DNA of 64,000 nucleotides from Pyrinomonadaceae bacterium (GCA_035571655.1 DATNCH010000290.1:541-64540); one strand, 5' to 3'; counted from the first letter of the stretch, positions 25,683 through 36,193 are shown. The notes: generated by a model not told the origin, from the letters alone. Translations and numbers: made by a program.

Positions 25683-27896
25683 ATGAGACGGCTTAGTCTG
25701 ATCCTGTTAACGATCGTCTGCGTGTTTTTGGCGGCGATCGCTCCAGTAAGATCTCAACGACCGCGAGACGTCGAACAGAGAGTCAATGCGCTGCTCGCAC
25801 AGATGACTCTCGAAGAAAAACTCGGACAGCTCCAGCAACTGGACGGCGAAGGCAACGGGAACTTTCGTCCTGAACACCTTGAACTGATTCGCAAGGGACT
25901 ACTCGGATCGACACTCAACGTTCGCGGCGCGCAACGCACGAACCAGGTGCAGCGCGTCGCGATGAATGAGTCGCGGTTGAAGATTCCCGTGTTGTTTGGG
26001 TTCGACGTGATTCACGGTTACCGCACGATCTTTCCCATTCCGCTTGCCGAAGCCAGCAGTTGGGACCCCTCGCTTGCCGAGCGCTCGGCTGCTGTTGCGG
26101 CGCAGGAAGCGAACAATGTCGGGTTGCGTTGGACGTTTGCGCCGATGGTCGATATCGCACGCGATCCGCGTTGGGGACGAATCACCGAGGGCGCGGGTGA
26201 AGATCCGTTTCTCGGCGCCGCGTTCGCGCGCGCGCGCGTGCGTGGATTTCAGGGTGTTGATTACAGTGCTCCGGATAAAGTGCTCGCGTGTGCAAAACAC
26301 TACGTTGCGTACGGCGCTGCTGAAGGAGGTCGCGATTACAACACGACCGACCTCTCGGAAAACATCCTGCGAGAGATCTACTTTCCACCTTTCAAGGCCG
26401 CCGTCGATGCCGGAGTCGGAACTCTGATGAGTGCCTTCAACGCGATCAACGGTGTCCCTGCAAGTGCGAATGCGTTCACGCTCACGAAGGTGCTGCGCGA
26501 TGAGTGGAAGTTTGATGGGTTTGTCGTGAGTGACTACACGTCGGTGAAAGAGCTGATCAACCACGGGGTCGCTGCGAATGAAGAAGAAGCTGCGGCCCTG
26601 GCGCTCAATGCCGGAGTTGAGATGGAGATGGTCAGCCGCAGCTACAACACTTTTGGTCCGAGGCTGCTGCAACAAAATAAAGTGACGATGGCGCGGATCG
26701 ACGAGGCCGTGCGACGCGTTTTGCGGATCAAGTTTCGTCTCGGTCTTTTCGATCAGCCGTACACCGACGAAGCGCGCGAACCAAATGCGTTGTTGCGACC
26801 CGAGAGCATTCGACTGGCTCGAGAGATAGCGGGCCGCTCGATGGTCCTGTTGAAAAACGATCGCGAAGCCTTGCCGCTCAGTAAAAGCGTTGGATCGATC
26901 GCCGTGATCGGGCCACTCGCAGATGACCGTCGTGCACCACTCGGCTGGTGGGCGGGCGATGGTAAAGAAGAAAACACAGTAACGCCGCTGGCCGGGATAA
27001 AAGCAAAGGTGTCGGCGCAGACAAAGGTCGGCTACGCGAAGGGCTGTGATGTTAAAGACGACTCCACCGCCGGTTTTGACGAAGCTGTTAACCTCGCGAA
27101 ACAATCTGATCTCGCAATTCTTTTCGTCGGCGAAACCGCAGACATGGTCGGCGAGGCCGCTTCGCGCAGCACACTCGATTTACCGGGACGGCAGATGGAA
27201 CTCGTGCAGGCGATTCATTCTGTAGGCAAGCCGACGGTGGTTGTGCTGGTGAATGGGCGCCCGCTGTCCGTCGGTTGGATCGCCAACAATGTTCCGGCAA
27301 TACTCGAATCGTGGATGGGTGGAAGCGAGTCAGGCAATGCCATCGCCGACATTCTTTTTGGCGATGTGAATCCGAGCGCTAAGTTGCCCGTCACGTTTCC
27401 GCGCAGCGTCGGACAGGTTCCGATGTACTACAACTACATGAACACCGGCCGCCCACCCGAAGCTGAAAACCGGTACACCTCGAAATATTTCGACATGCCG
27501 TGGACTCCGCTGTTTCCATTCGGCCACGGACTGAGTTACACGAAATTCAAGATCACAAACCTGCAATTGAGCGCGCCACGGATTGATGCGAATGGAAAGC
27601 TGACCGTGAGTGTTGATGTCGAGAATGTAGGCGCGCGAGCCGGCGATGAGGTGGTCCAACTCTACATACGCGATCCCGTGGCTACGATGACGCGGCCCGT
27701 CAAGGAGCTGAAAGGTTTTCAGCGCGTGAGTTTGCAACCCGGGCAGAAACGGCGCGTTGAGTTTGTGCTGGACCGTGAACATCTTGGGTTTTGGAATCGA
27801 GAGATGCGGTATGTCGTCGAGCCCGGAGAGTTTCGAGTGATGGTGGGATCGAGTTCAGCAGATGTGATTGAGGCCAGGTTTGAAGTCGCAGGTTGA
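25683..27896 (+). CDS. bglX: Glycoside hydrolase family 3 beta-glucosidase (BglX-like)
   Basis: Signal peptide from MRRLSLILLTIVCVFLAAIAP. Has KHYVAYGAAEGGRDYN, GFVVSDY (nucleophile region) and a C-terminal fibronectin-like domain. Confidence 0.85.
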   Translation: MRRLSLILLTIVCVFLAAIAPVRSQRPRDVEQRVNALLAQMTLEEKLGQLQQLDGEGNGNFRPEHLELIRKGLLGSTLNVRGAQRTNQVQRVAMNESRLKIPVLFGFDVIHGYRTIFPIPLAEASSWDPSLAERSAAVAAQEANNVGLRWTFAPMVDIARDPRWGRITEGAGEDPFLGAAFARARVRGFQGVDYSAPDKVLACAKHYVAYGAAEGGRDYNTTDLSENILREIYFPPFKAAVDAGVGTLMSAFNAINGVPASANAFTLTKVLRDEWKFDGFVVSDYTSVKELINHGVAANEEEAAALALNAGVEMEMVSRSYNTFGPRLLQQNKVTMARIDEAVRRVLRIKFRLGLFDQPYTDEAREPNALLRPESIRLAREIAGRSMVLLKNDREALPLSKSVGSIAVIGPLADDRRAPLGWWAGDGKEENTVTPLAGIKAKVSAQTKVGYAKGCDVKDDSTAGFDEAVNLAKQSDLAILFVGETADMVGEAASRSTLDLPGRQMELVQAIHSVGKPTVVVLVNGRPLSVGWIANNVPAILESWMGGSESGNAIADILFGDVNPSAKLPVTFPRSVGQVPMYYNYMNTGRPPEAENRYTSKYFDMPWTPLFPFGHGLSYTKFKITNLQLSAPRIDANGKLTVSVDVENVGARAGDEVVQLYIRDPVATMTRPVKELKGFQRVSLQPGQKRRVEFVLDREHLGFWNREMRYVVEPGEFRVMVGSSSADVIEARFEVAG

Positions 27897-27897
27897 T

Positions 27898-29253
27898 ATG
27901 CCGAGGATCGTTCGTCCAGTTGTCCTCACGCTCCTGCTCGTCTGTTTCACTTCCACCAGCGCTCAAACGCATGAAGCGTTTCTCGACGATCTCCAGAAGC
28001 GCTCGTTTCAATACTTCTGGGAACAAGCTGATCCACAAACCGGTCTCGTGCCGGATCGTGCGCGGATGGATGGCTCGCCTATGCCCGCAAGTCATCAGAA
28101 CGTCGCGAGCATTGCCGCTACGGGTTTTGGATTGACTGGGCTCTGCGTCGGAGTCGCTCGAAATTGGATCGAGAAAGCCCAGGCGCTCGAGCGCACACGC
28201 AACACGCTGCGCTTCTTCGACAGTCGTGCGTTTCAACAGCGCGGTTGGTTCTATCACTGGCTGGATTCGAAAACGGGTGAGCGCCGGTGGAACAGCGAAG
28301 TGTCGTCGATCGACACGGCGCTGCTTCTCGCGGGTATTCTCACGGTTCGCCAGTGTTTTCGTGAGGACCAGGAAATCGTCAGGCTTGCAGATCGGATCTA
28401 CCGGCGTGTCGACTTTCGCTGGATGCTGAATGGGCATCCGCATCTGTTGTCGCATGGTTGGAAACCTGAGACGGGGTTTCTCGGTCCGCGCTGGGATACC
28501 TACAGCGAAGAAACCATTCTTTACCTGCTTGCAATCGGATCGCCTACGTATCCGATCTCACCGTCGTCCTGGCATGCTTTGTGGCGCGATCGGTATCGTT
28601 ACGAAGGTCACGCGTATTTCACGACGATCGGTGTGCCTTTATTCATGCACCAGTACTCGCACGCCTGGGTGGACTATCGCAACCGGCGCGAAACTATCGG
28701 CGACCGCATCGACTATTTTCAAAACTCGATCGCAGCCACGCTTGCGCATCGCGCTTTCTGCATCAACCTTCGACACGACTTCCCTGCTTTTGGACCAGAC
28801 GTTTGGGGCATCACTGCATCTGACAGCGCGAAAGGTTATCTCGCGTGGGGTGGTCCACCGCGTGATGCGGACGTCGACGGAACGATCGTGCCGTCTGCTG
28901 CCGGTGGTTCACTAATGTTTACTCCCGAGCTCTCAACACGCGCCATGTGGACCATGCACGAGAAATACGGTGCGAAGATTTACGGCAAGTACGGATTCGT
29001 CGACGCCTTCAACCCCCAGAGCGGCTGGATCGACACAGACGTCATCGGCATCAACGCCGGAATCATCCTCCTCAGCACGGAAAACATGCGCACCCAAAAT
29101 ATCTGGCGCTGGTTCATGCAAAACCGCGAGCTCCCATTAGCCCTCCAGCGCGTGGGCCTCGTAAAATACAACTCTTCAGTAAGGAGATTCCGAAATGCCC
29201 AAGATCAAAGTAAACGACATCACCATGAACTACGATCAGCAGGGCTCAGGTGA
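27898..29253 (+). CDS. Glucoamylase-like (alpha/alpha)6 protein, possibly GH144-type endo-beta-1,2-glucanase (DUF3131-like)
   Basis: Signal peptide MPRIVRPVVLTLLLVCFTSTSAQ. Has SFQYFWEQADPQTGLVPDR...ASIAATGFGL...WFYHWLD...SSIDTALLLAGIL. ATG lies 2 nt after the GH3 stop. Confidence 0.5.
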   Translation: MPRIVRPVVLTLLLVCFTSTSAQTHEAFLDDLQKRSFQYFWEQADPQTGLVPDRARMDGSPMPASHQNVASIAATGFGLTGLCVGVARNWIEKAQALERTRNTLRFFDSRAFQQRGWFYHWLDSKTGERRWNSEVSSIDTALLLAGILTVRQCFREDQEIVRLADRIYRRVDFRWMLNGHPHLLSHGWKPETGFLGPRWDTYSEETILYLLAIGSPTYPISPSSWHALWRDRYRYEGHAYFTTIGVPLFMHQYSHAWVDYRNRRETIGDRIDYFQNSIAATLAHRAFCINLRHDFPAFGPDVWGITASDSAKGYLAWGGPPRDADVDGTIVPSAAGGSLMFTPELSTRAMWTMHEKYGAKIYGKYGFVDAFNPQSGWIDTDVIGINAGIILLSTENMRTQNIWRWFMQNRELPLALQRVGLVKYNSSVRRFRNAQDQSKRHHHELRSAGLR

Positions 29254-30022
29254 GCCGCTGATCCTCATTCCTTACCTCGCCGCAGATTCGGCTTGCTATG
29301 CGTTTCAGGTGGCGGAATATGCGAAACACTTTACGTGCATCTCTGTAGATCCGAGAGGCGCGGGCGAGACTGACAAGCCCGGGGGCTCCTATTCCATGGA
29401 ACTGTTCGCCGACGACGTCAGCGGTTTTATGACAGCACTGGGCGTCGAACGTGCGCACATTTCAGGTCTGTCTTTGGGCGCTGCCGTCGGAATTTGGCTC
29501 GCCGCGAAATATCCTGACAAGGTCAGGTCGTTATCAGTCCACAGCGGTTGGACCAGGACTGACTCGTATATGAAAACCGTAGTGGGAAGCTGGCAGGTGC
29601 TGGCGAGAGCGCTGGGAAACGTTCCCGACATGATCATCAACGGTATTTTCCCGTGGTGCTTCACGCCGGAGTTCTATGTGGCTAACGCGGAGTACATGCA
29701 AACGCTGGCTGCGTTTGTCCGCAGCCGCCCGGAACAGCCGGTGGATGCATTTATCCGCCAGACGGAGGCGGTGTTGGCCCATGACGTCGAGTCTCGACTT
29801 CGCGACATCAACGTTCCCACTCAGATCACGATTGGCGAAGACGACATGATCAGCGCACGCTTCGCCACTCCGCTGAACGAGAACATCCAGGGCTCCGAAC
29901 TCATCGTTTTCGAAGACTGCGCCCACGCCCCGATCTACGAGAAGGTAGAAGAATTCAACCAAAAAACCCTGGAGTTTTTACAGCGCCACTCAGGTCGAGC
30001 ACTTCAAGCCGGCGGCGACTAA
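29195..30022 (+). CDS. Alpha/beta-fold hydrolase
   Basis: aaggag RBS, nucleophile elbow GLSLGA and a C-terminal ...DCAHAPIYEK (His of the triad). Confidence 0.75.
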   Translation: MPKIKVNDITMNYDQQGSGEPLILIPYLAADSACYAFQVAEYAKHFTCISVDPRGAGETDKPGGSYSMELFADDVSGFMTALGVERAHISGLSLGAAVGIWLAAKYPDKVRSLSVHSGWTRTDSYMKTVVGSWQVLARALGNVPDMIINGIFPWCFTPEFYVANAEYMQTLAAFVRSRPEQPVDAFIRQTEAVLAHDVESRLRDINVPTQITIGEDDMISARFATPLNENIQGSELIVFEDCAHAPIYEKVEEFNQKTLEFLQRHSGRALQAGGD

Positions 30023-30033
30023 CGGCATTGTTA

Positions 30034-30132
30034 GCCACAAAAAGGCACAAAAGGCACACAAATGAAGAAGAGCGTCAAATAACACCTGACCTGACACATA
30101 CTTATTTTGTTCCCTTTGTGCCTTTTTGTGGC
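30034..30132. repeat. Family-A palindromic element (complete, long spacer)
   Basis: GCCACAAAAAGGCACAAAAGGCACAC...TTTGTTCCCTTTGTGCCTTTTTGTGGC. Confidence 0.9.
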
Positions 30133-30146
30133 TCTAAATCTTAGCG

Positions 30147-31169
30147 ATGAAATTATTGATTCTCGGAGGGACGAAGTTTCTGGGGCGCCATTTGGTGATG
30201 GCGGCTCTCGATCGTAATCACGAGGTCACAGTCTTCAATCGCGGCAGACATGCGGCGCCCGCGGATGTTGAGACGATTCGCGGAGATCGACATACGGATC
30301 TTGCCAAACTTCAGGGCCGGCGTTGGGATGCGGTTGTAGACACCTCCGGGATGCTGCCGCGGGCGGTGAAAGCAGCAGCGGAAGTGTTGGCTGATTCAAT
30401 AGCTCACTACACGTTCATCTCAACGCAGAACGTTTATGCAGACGTCAGTATTCCCGGGGTCAGCGAAAGTGCTCCGCTGAGGACGCTGACGAGCGAAGAG
30501 CTGGACGAGGCATACTCGATCGACACTTCCGCCGATCCTTCTTACGGAAAACTCTACGGCGGCTTGAAAGCGCTTTGTGAGCAGGCCGCGACGTCCGTCA
30601 TGCCGGGGCGCGTGTTAAAGATCCGACCCGGTTTGATCGTCGGTCCAAATGATTACACGGATCGGTTTACTTATTGGGTCGCGCGTGTCGCGCGTGGTGG
30701 CGAAGTGCTGGCTCCCGGCCGTCCCGACACTTTCGTGCAGTTCATCGATGTACGCGATCTGGCGGAGTGGACGTTGAGCATGATCGAACGCAACGAAACA
30801 GGCGCTTACAACGCTCAAGGTTTACCCGGACACGTGACGATGGGCGACGTGCTTGACGAATGTAAGGCCGTGAGCGGTAGCGACGCTTCATTCACCTGGG
30901 CCAGCGAGGAGTTCCTGTTGCGTGAGAATGTCGCCGCGTGGACCGACATGCCGCTCTGGCTCCCGGTAGAAGCTGCACCGCACTTGAAAGGTTTCATGTT
31001 CATCAACGGTGACAAAGCCGTCCGTGCTGGTCTCAGCTTTCGTTCGCTAAACGACACGATCGCGGCCACACTCGCCTGGTACCAGGAAACTCGGAACGAT
31101 CCGTTGAAAGCCGGACTTGACTCGAACAGAGAACAATCGCTGCTAGGAAAGTTGCACGCGAGCAGATAG
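30147..31169 (+). CDS. NAD(P)-dependent epimerase/dehydratase-family (SDR) protein
   Basis: N-terminal Rossmann motif MKLLILGGTKFLGRHLV. Confidence 0.75.
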   Translation: MKLLILGGTKFLGRHLVMAALDRNHEVTVFNRGRHAAPADVETIRGDRHTDLAKLQGRRWDAVVDTSGMLPRAVKAAAEVLADSIAHYTFISTQNVYADVSIPGVSESAPLRTLTSEELDEAYSIDTSADPSYGKLYGGLKALCEQAATSVMPGRVLKIRPGLIVGPNDYTDRFTYWVARVARGGEVLAPGRPDTFVQFIDVRDLAEWTLSMIERNETGAYNAQGLPGHVTMGDVLDECKAVSGSDASFTWASEEFLLRENVAAWTDMPLWLPVEAAPHLKGFMFINGDKAVRAGLSFRSLNDTIAATLAWYQETRNDPLKAGLDSNREQSLLGKLHASR

Positions 31170-31211
31170 AATCTCACCTCCTAAACCGAAAACCCGCCAC
31201 GGAGCAAACGT

Positions 31212-33200
31212 ATGAAGCAGAGAACCTTTTGGACCTTGATCTTTGCCCTTCTTGCCGTCTGTCTCGCCGTGCAGTTCCCTGCCAGCGAACGTGTCTATTC
31301 GCAAGGTCGCGGCGAGCCGCTCACGCCGGAAGCCATCGCAAAGCGAAACGCGGTCGAGAACGAGTTGCAATCGATCGCAATCGTCGAACGCAAGCTGATG
31401 ATTCCGATGCGCGACGGTAAACGGATCGCAACCGACGTCTACCGCCCGAAAGACAGCTCGAAAAAGTATCCGACGATCTTCGTCCGCACGCCATACAACT
31501 TCAATTTCTGGGACATCCGCAACGGCGTGCCGCGCGATCTTTCGAATGAGCTCGAGGCGGTCAAGCGCGGGTATGCGTTTGTTTGGATGAATGAACGTGG
31601 CCGGTTCTTTTCGGAAGGCAACTACGACATTCTTGGCCCACCGCTCACCGACGGTGAAGACGAGTTGTCGTGGATCTCTAAACAGTCATGGTCGAACGGC
31701 AAGGTCGGTACCATCGGTTGCTCCTCGACGGCGGAATGGCAGTTGGCCGTCGCAGCTCAAGGTCATCCTGCGTTTACGACGATGATCCCGCAAGGATTTG
31801 GCGCGGGCGTCGGCCGCGTCGCTCCTTACTTTGAACAAGGCAACTGGTATCGAGGCGGAGCGGTGCAGATGTTGTTCATCGCCTGGCTCTACGGCCAGCA
31901 GAACCAGATCCGCCCAATGTTCCCGCCAAACGCGACTCAGGAAGAGTTGATTCGCGCGTCGCGCGCGTTCGATCTCGCACCGCAGTTGCCGCAAGTCGAT
32001 TGGGCCAACGCGCTGCGTCACCTTCCAGAGCAAGACATTCTCGAAGCCGCGGGTGGACCACACGGCATCTTCGCGGATCGCATGCCGGTCGATACGGGCG
32101 GTGCGATGATTCAACGCGAGCCGAACGATCCGGCATGGTACAAAGGCGGCTTGTGGCACGACAACATGAAGGTCAACATTCCCGGATTCTGGTTTATGTC
32201 GTGGTATGACGTGTCTATTGGTCCAAACCTCGCCGCCTTCAATCACGTGAGGAAGACGGCGTCTCCTGAGATCGCGAATCAACAGTACGCCGTCATCGCA
32301 CCGACGCTCCACTGCGCGTACAAACGTGCAACTGAAAACACAATCGTCGGCGAACTCAGCATGGGCGACGCGCGCCTGAACTACGACGAGCTGACGTACG
32401 CCTGGTTCGATCACTTCCTCAAAGGCGAGAACAACGGGATTCTCGAGAAGATGCCGCGCGTGCGTTACTACACGATGGGCCTGAACAAGTGGCAGTCGTC
32501 AGACACGTGGCCGCCTCGCGGTGCGCAGTCGATGAGTTTCTTCCTCGCGAGTGGTGGGAAAGCAAATACCGGGAATGGCGATGGTGCGCTTGTAAACGCG
32601 GCACCGGCGACGGATAACCCGGACAGGTTTGAATACGATCCGATGAACCCGGTGCCCTCGCTCGGCGGCAACGTCTGTTGCACCGGAAACGCGATCACCG
32701 CGGGCGCTTTCGATCAGCGCAAGAATGAAACGCGACCCGATGTGCTCGTCTACACTACCGAGCCGCTGAAGGACGGGATGGAAGTCAGTGGCCCAATTGA
32801 AGTCACTCTCTACGTATCGAGTGACGCGAAAGACACGGACTTCACAGTGAAGCTGATCGACGTTCATCCTGACGGTCGCGCCTTTAACCTGGACGAGACG
32901 ATTCAGCGGATGCGCTACCGCGACGGCTACGATAAACCGGACGTTTGGATGCAGTCCGGCAAGGTCTACAAAGTGACTTTGCAACCGATGACGACGAGCA
33001 ACTTCTTCGCGGCCGGCCATCGCATTCGCATCGAAGTCTCGAGCAGCAACTTCCCGCGCTTCGATCGCAACTTGAACACCGGCGGCCACAATTACGATGA
33101 AACGAAAGGCGTCGTCGCGCGCAACGCCGTGCATCATTCGCGGCAGTATCCGTCGGAGATCAAGGTCACCGTGGTGAAGAACACGGTCTCGCAGCGATAG
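31212..33200 (+). CDS. CocE/NonD-family hydrolase (X-Pro dipeptidyl-peptidase S15-like)
   Basis: Signal peptide; ...[11 protein letters not shown]...; [12 protein letters not shown]. The C-terminal domain has [22 protein letters not shown]. Confidence 0.8.
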   Translation: MKQRTFWTLIFALLAVCLAVQFPASERVYSQGRGEPLTPEAIAKRNAVENELQSIAIVERKLMIPMRDGKRIATDVYRPKDSSKKYPTIFVRTPYNFNFWDIRNGVPRDLSNELEAVKRGYAFVWMNERGRFFSEGNYDILGPPLTDGEDELSWISKQSWSNGKVGTIGCSSTAEWQLAVAAQGHPAFTTMIPQGFGAGVGRVAPYFEQGNWYRGGAVQMLFIAWLYGQQNQIRPMFPPNATQEELIRASRAFDLAPQLPQVDWANALRHLPEQDILEAAGGPHGIFADRMPVDTGGAMIQREPNDPAWYKGGLWHDNMKVNIPGFWFMSWYDVSIGPNLAAFNHVRKTASPEIANQQYAVIAPTLHCAYKRATENTIVGELSMGDARLNYDELTYAWFDHFLKGENNGILEKMPRVRYYTMGLNKWQSSDTWPPRGAQSMSFFLASGGKANTGNGDGALVNAAPATDNPDRFEYDPMNPVPSLGGNVCCTGNAITAGAFDQRKNETRPDVLVYTTEPLKDGMEVSGPIEVTLYVSSDAKDTDFTVKLIDVHPDGRAFNLDETIQRMRYRDGYDKPDVWMQSGKVYKVTLQPMTTSNFFAAGHRIRIEVSSSNFPRFDRNLNTGGHNYDETKGVVARNAVHHSRQYPSEIKVTVVKNTVSQR

Positions 33201-33208
33201 ATCATTGG

Positions 33209-33276
33209 GACAGGATCTACAAGATTTTTTCAGGATTCAGATCTTGTAAATCCTGTCTAATCATGTAAATCCTGTG
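33209..33276. repeat. Family-C palindromic element
   Basis: GACAGGATCTACAAGATTTTTTCAGGATTCAGATCTTGTAAATCCTGTC, plus an extra partial arm TGTAAATCCTGTG. Confidence 0.9.
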
Positions 33277-33281
33277 AACAT

Positions 33282-34886
33282 ATGCGTTTGCTATTTATCG
33301 CTTTGCTTCTCCTCGCGCCGCAAGCTTCACGTCCGATTTTCGACGACGTTGCCGCAGAAACAGGTCTTAATTTCCGTCATCACAACGGTATGACCGGGAA
33401 GTTCTCTCTACCCGAGATTATGGGCGCGGGCGCCGCGTTGTTCGATTACGACAATGACGGCGATCTCGACGTCTTCCTCGTGCAGGGCGCATCTGGCGGC
33501 CGACTCTTTCGAAACGATCTGGAAAAGCAAAAGCTCCGGTTCACTGACGTAACTGAAGAGAGCCGCATCCGTGCGACTGGTTACGGCATGGGCGCCGCTG
33601 TCGGCGACATCAACAACGATGGCTGGCCCGATCTCTATCTGACCAATCTCGGTTCGAACCAGATGTATCTCAACAAAGGCGACGGTACGTTTGACGATGT
33701 GACGAAGAACACGGCGACCGACGATCCGCGTTGGAGCACCGCCGCGAGTTTTCTCGACTACGATCGTGATGGCTGGCTCGATCTGATGGTAGTGAACTAC
33801 GCTGATTTTTCTGTTACGAACAGCCCGAATTGTTATGCGCCGACGAGCGCCAGGGACTACTGCACGCCGCGTGTTTTCCGTGCGCCCGGCAATCGTCTCT
33901 TTCACAACCGTCGTGACGGCACGTTTGAAGACGTGACGGTTGCAGCAGGTGTCGATCGAGAGTTCGGACATGGTTTGGGCGTCGTCGTGGACGATTTCGA
34001 TGATGACGGCTGGCCCGATATCTACGTCGCGAACGACGGCGATCCGAACCAGCTCTGGATCAACCAGAAGAACGGCACGTTCAAGAACGAAGCGTTGTTA
34101 GCGGGCGCTGCTGTCAATCGAGATGGAAAAACTGAGGCGGGCATGGGCGTGGATGCCGGTGATTTCGACGGCAGTGGCACCGACGACATCTTTGTCACAC
34201 ACCTGATGGACGAGACGAATACTCTTTTCACAAATGCCGGCGCCGCGGTATTTGAAGATCGTACACGTGAAGCAGGTTTGGGAACGCCTGGTCGTCGCTT
34301 TACGGGTTTCGGCACGTCGTTCTTTGATTATGACAACGACGGTTGGCTCGATCTGCTCGTGGTGAATGGCGCCGTGCAACTCTTGCCGGAGCTGATAAGA
34401 AAAGGCGATCCGTTTCCACTGGGCCAGCCGAACCAACTCTTTCACAACACCGGCAACGGGCGCTTCGTCGAAATCGTTGAACAAGCAGGTCCGAGTTTTC
34501 AGCTACTGGAAGTGAGTCGAGGCGCGGCCTTCGGCGACGTCGACAACGACGGCGATACCGACGTGCTCGTAACGAACAACAACGGACCCGTCAGACTGCT
34601 TCTGAATCAACTCGGGAATCGCAACCACTGGCTGGGCTTGCGAATCGTCAGCAAGAATGGTCGAGACCTGCTCGGCACTCGAGTGGATATAGTGCTTCGG
34701 AAGAACCAGATCCTGCGGCGACGCGTGAGAACGGACGGCAGTTATCTGTCGGCGAATGATCCGCGGGTGCTGGTCGGTCTCGGTAGTGCAACGCAGGTGG
34801 AAGCTGTTCGAGTACGCTGGCCAGACGGCAGCGTCGCGGAATTGAAACCGCCGCCAGTCGATCGCTACACCACCATCAAACAATGA
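33282..34886 (+). CDS. CRTAC1-family protein (FG-GAP/VCBS repeats plus an ASPIC/UnbV C-terminal domain)
   Basis: Repeated FDYDNDGDLDVF / DYDRDGWLDL / DFDDDGWPDIY motifs. The C-terminal NHWLGLR...GTRV...SYLSANDPRVLVGLG matches the ASPIC/UnbV pattern. Confidence 0.8.
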   Translation: MRLLFIALLLLAPQASRPIFDDVAAETGLNFRHHNGMTGKFSLPEIMGAGAALFDYDNDGDLDVFLVQGASGGRLFRNDLEKQKLRFTDVTEESRIRATGYGMGAAVGDINNDGWPDLYLTNLGSNQMYLNKGDGTFDDVTKNTATDDPRWSTAASFLDYDRDGWLDLMVVNYADFSVTNSPNCYAPTSARDYCTPRVFRAPGNRLFHNRRDGTFEDVTVAAGVDREFGHGLGVVVDDFDDDGWPDIYVANDGDPNQLWINQKNGTFKNEALLAGAAVNRDGKTEAGMGVDAGDFDGSGTDDIFVTHLMDETNTLFTNAGAAVFEDRTREAGLGTPGRRFTGFGTSFFDYDNDGWLDLLVVNGAVQLLPELIRKGDPFPLGQPNQLFHNTGNGRFVEIVEQAGPSFQLLEVSRGAAFGDVDNDGDTDVLVTNNNGPVRLLLNQLGNRNHWLGLRIVSKNGRDLLGTRVDIVLRKNQILRRRVRTDGSYLSANDPRVLVGLGSATQVEAVRVRWPDGSVAELKPPPVDRYTTIKQ

Positions 34887-36193
34887 AACTGGCTTGCATT
34901 TTTCTGTGCTTTCTCTTTGTCTCTGTGATCTGTTCGGCCCAGACAATACACTGGCCGGATCTCTCTCAGTTGGAACCTGACGTCCGCGACCAGATCAAAT
35001 CGCAGCAAGACATCCTCATCTCGACCATTAAAGACACGCACTCAACTGATACAAAACTCAGCGCGGCTTACGGCGCGATGGGCGAGATCTACCACGCCTA
35101 TTCTTTGACGGGCCCGGCACGCGAGTGTTACCTAAACGCCAACGCGCTTGCGCCTAAAGATTTTCGCTGGATCTACCTGCTCGCAAAGTTGGACCAGCTC
35201 GACGGCCGTGTCGACGAAGCGATTCGTCGCTACCGCATCGTCACTTCCCTACGCCCGGATCTCGTAGCCGCGCTGGTGAACCTCGGCAACATTTATCTGG
35301 AGTTAGATCGACTAGACGACGCGCGTTCAAACTACGCTGCGGCTCTCAAAAACGACCCCAACAGTCCAGCGGCCCACTACAGCCTCGGACAGGTCGCACT
35401 GTCACGACGAAACTACGCGGAGGCAGTCGAACACTTCGAAAAAGCCCTTGCGTTGGCGCCGGACGCAAATCGGATCCATTACGCACTCGCGATGGCCTAT
35501 CGCGGTTTAGGCAACTCAGAAAAGGCAAAGCTGCACCTGGCCCAACAGGGACCGGTCGGCGTGCGCGTCGCCGATCCGCTGATGGATCGTCTCGTGCAGT
35601 TGGTCGAGGGCGCGCGAGTACATCTCATGCGCGGTAAGGTGGCGCTCGAAGCAAAACGGTATGAAGAAGCGGCCAACGAGTTTCGAAAAGCCATTGAAGC
35701 ACGGCCTGACAGTGTTCCAGCACACGTCAACCTCGGCGCGACACTGACGCAATTAGGAGATCTAAAAGGCGCAGCGGAGGAGTTCACCAGGGCAGTCGCT
35801 ATCGATCCAAACAACGCGAACGCGCATTACAATCTCGCGGTCCTGTTGGCGAATGAGAAGCGGCACGAGCAGGCGATCGAGCACCTGCAAGCAGTCTCGA
35901 CAATCAATCCAAACGACGCCGGCGCGCGGTTCTTTCTGGCCCAGCAACTCTTGTATGCTAAGCGCCCTGACGAAGCGCTCAAACTGGCGCAATCGCTCTA
36001 TTCGACGACGCGTGTATTACAACACGGAGCCCTCGTCGGCTCGGCGCTGGCAGATCTCGGCCGTTGTGCCGAAGCTGCCGACTGGCAGCGAAAATTGATC
36101 GCGAGGGCAGTCGAGGAGCGCAACGATGAGCTTCAAGCGAAGCTGAAGACGGATTTACAACGATACGAGTCATGCCGTGGACTCAAACCTTAA
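34883..36193 (+). CDS. Secreted TPR-repeat protein
   Basis: Start overlaps the previous stop (ATGA). It has a signal peptide and multiple canonical TPR units. Confidence 0.7.
   Translation: MKLACIFLCFLFVSVICSAQTIHWPDLSQLEPDVRDQIKSQQDILISTIKDTHSTDTKLSAAYGAMGEIYHAYSLTGPARECYLNANALAPKDFRWIYLLAKLDQLDGRVDEAIRRYRIVTSLRPDLVAALVNLGNIYLELDRLDDARSNYAAALKNDPNSPAAHYSLGQVALSRRNYAEAVEHFEKALALAPDANRIHYALAMAYRGLGNSEKAKLHLAQQGPVGVRVADPLMDRLVQLVEGARVHLMRGKVALEAKRYEEAANEFRKAIEARPDSVPAHVNLGATLTQLGDLKGAAEEFTRAVAIDPNNANAHYNLAVLLANEKRHEQAIEHLQAVSTINPNDAGARFFLAQQLLYAKRPDEALKLAQSLYSTTRVLQHGALVGSALADLGRCAEAADWQRKLIARAVEERNDELQAKLKTDLQRYESCRGLKP

Noticed and set aside
25899-27104. 401-aa ORF antisense to the GH3 gene, and 27700..28455 antisense to the GH3/GH144-like genes.
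   Set aside because: Same reasoning. The plus-strand genes carry clear glycosidase motifs, and these ORFs have junk-like composition.
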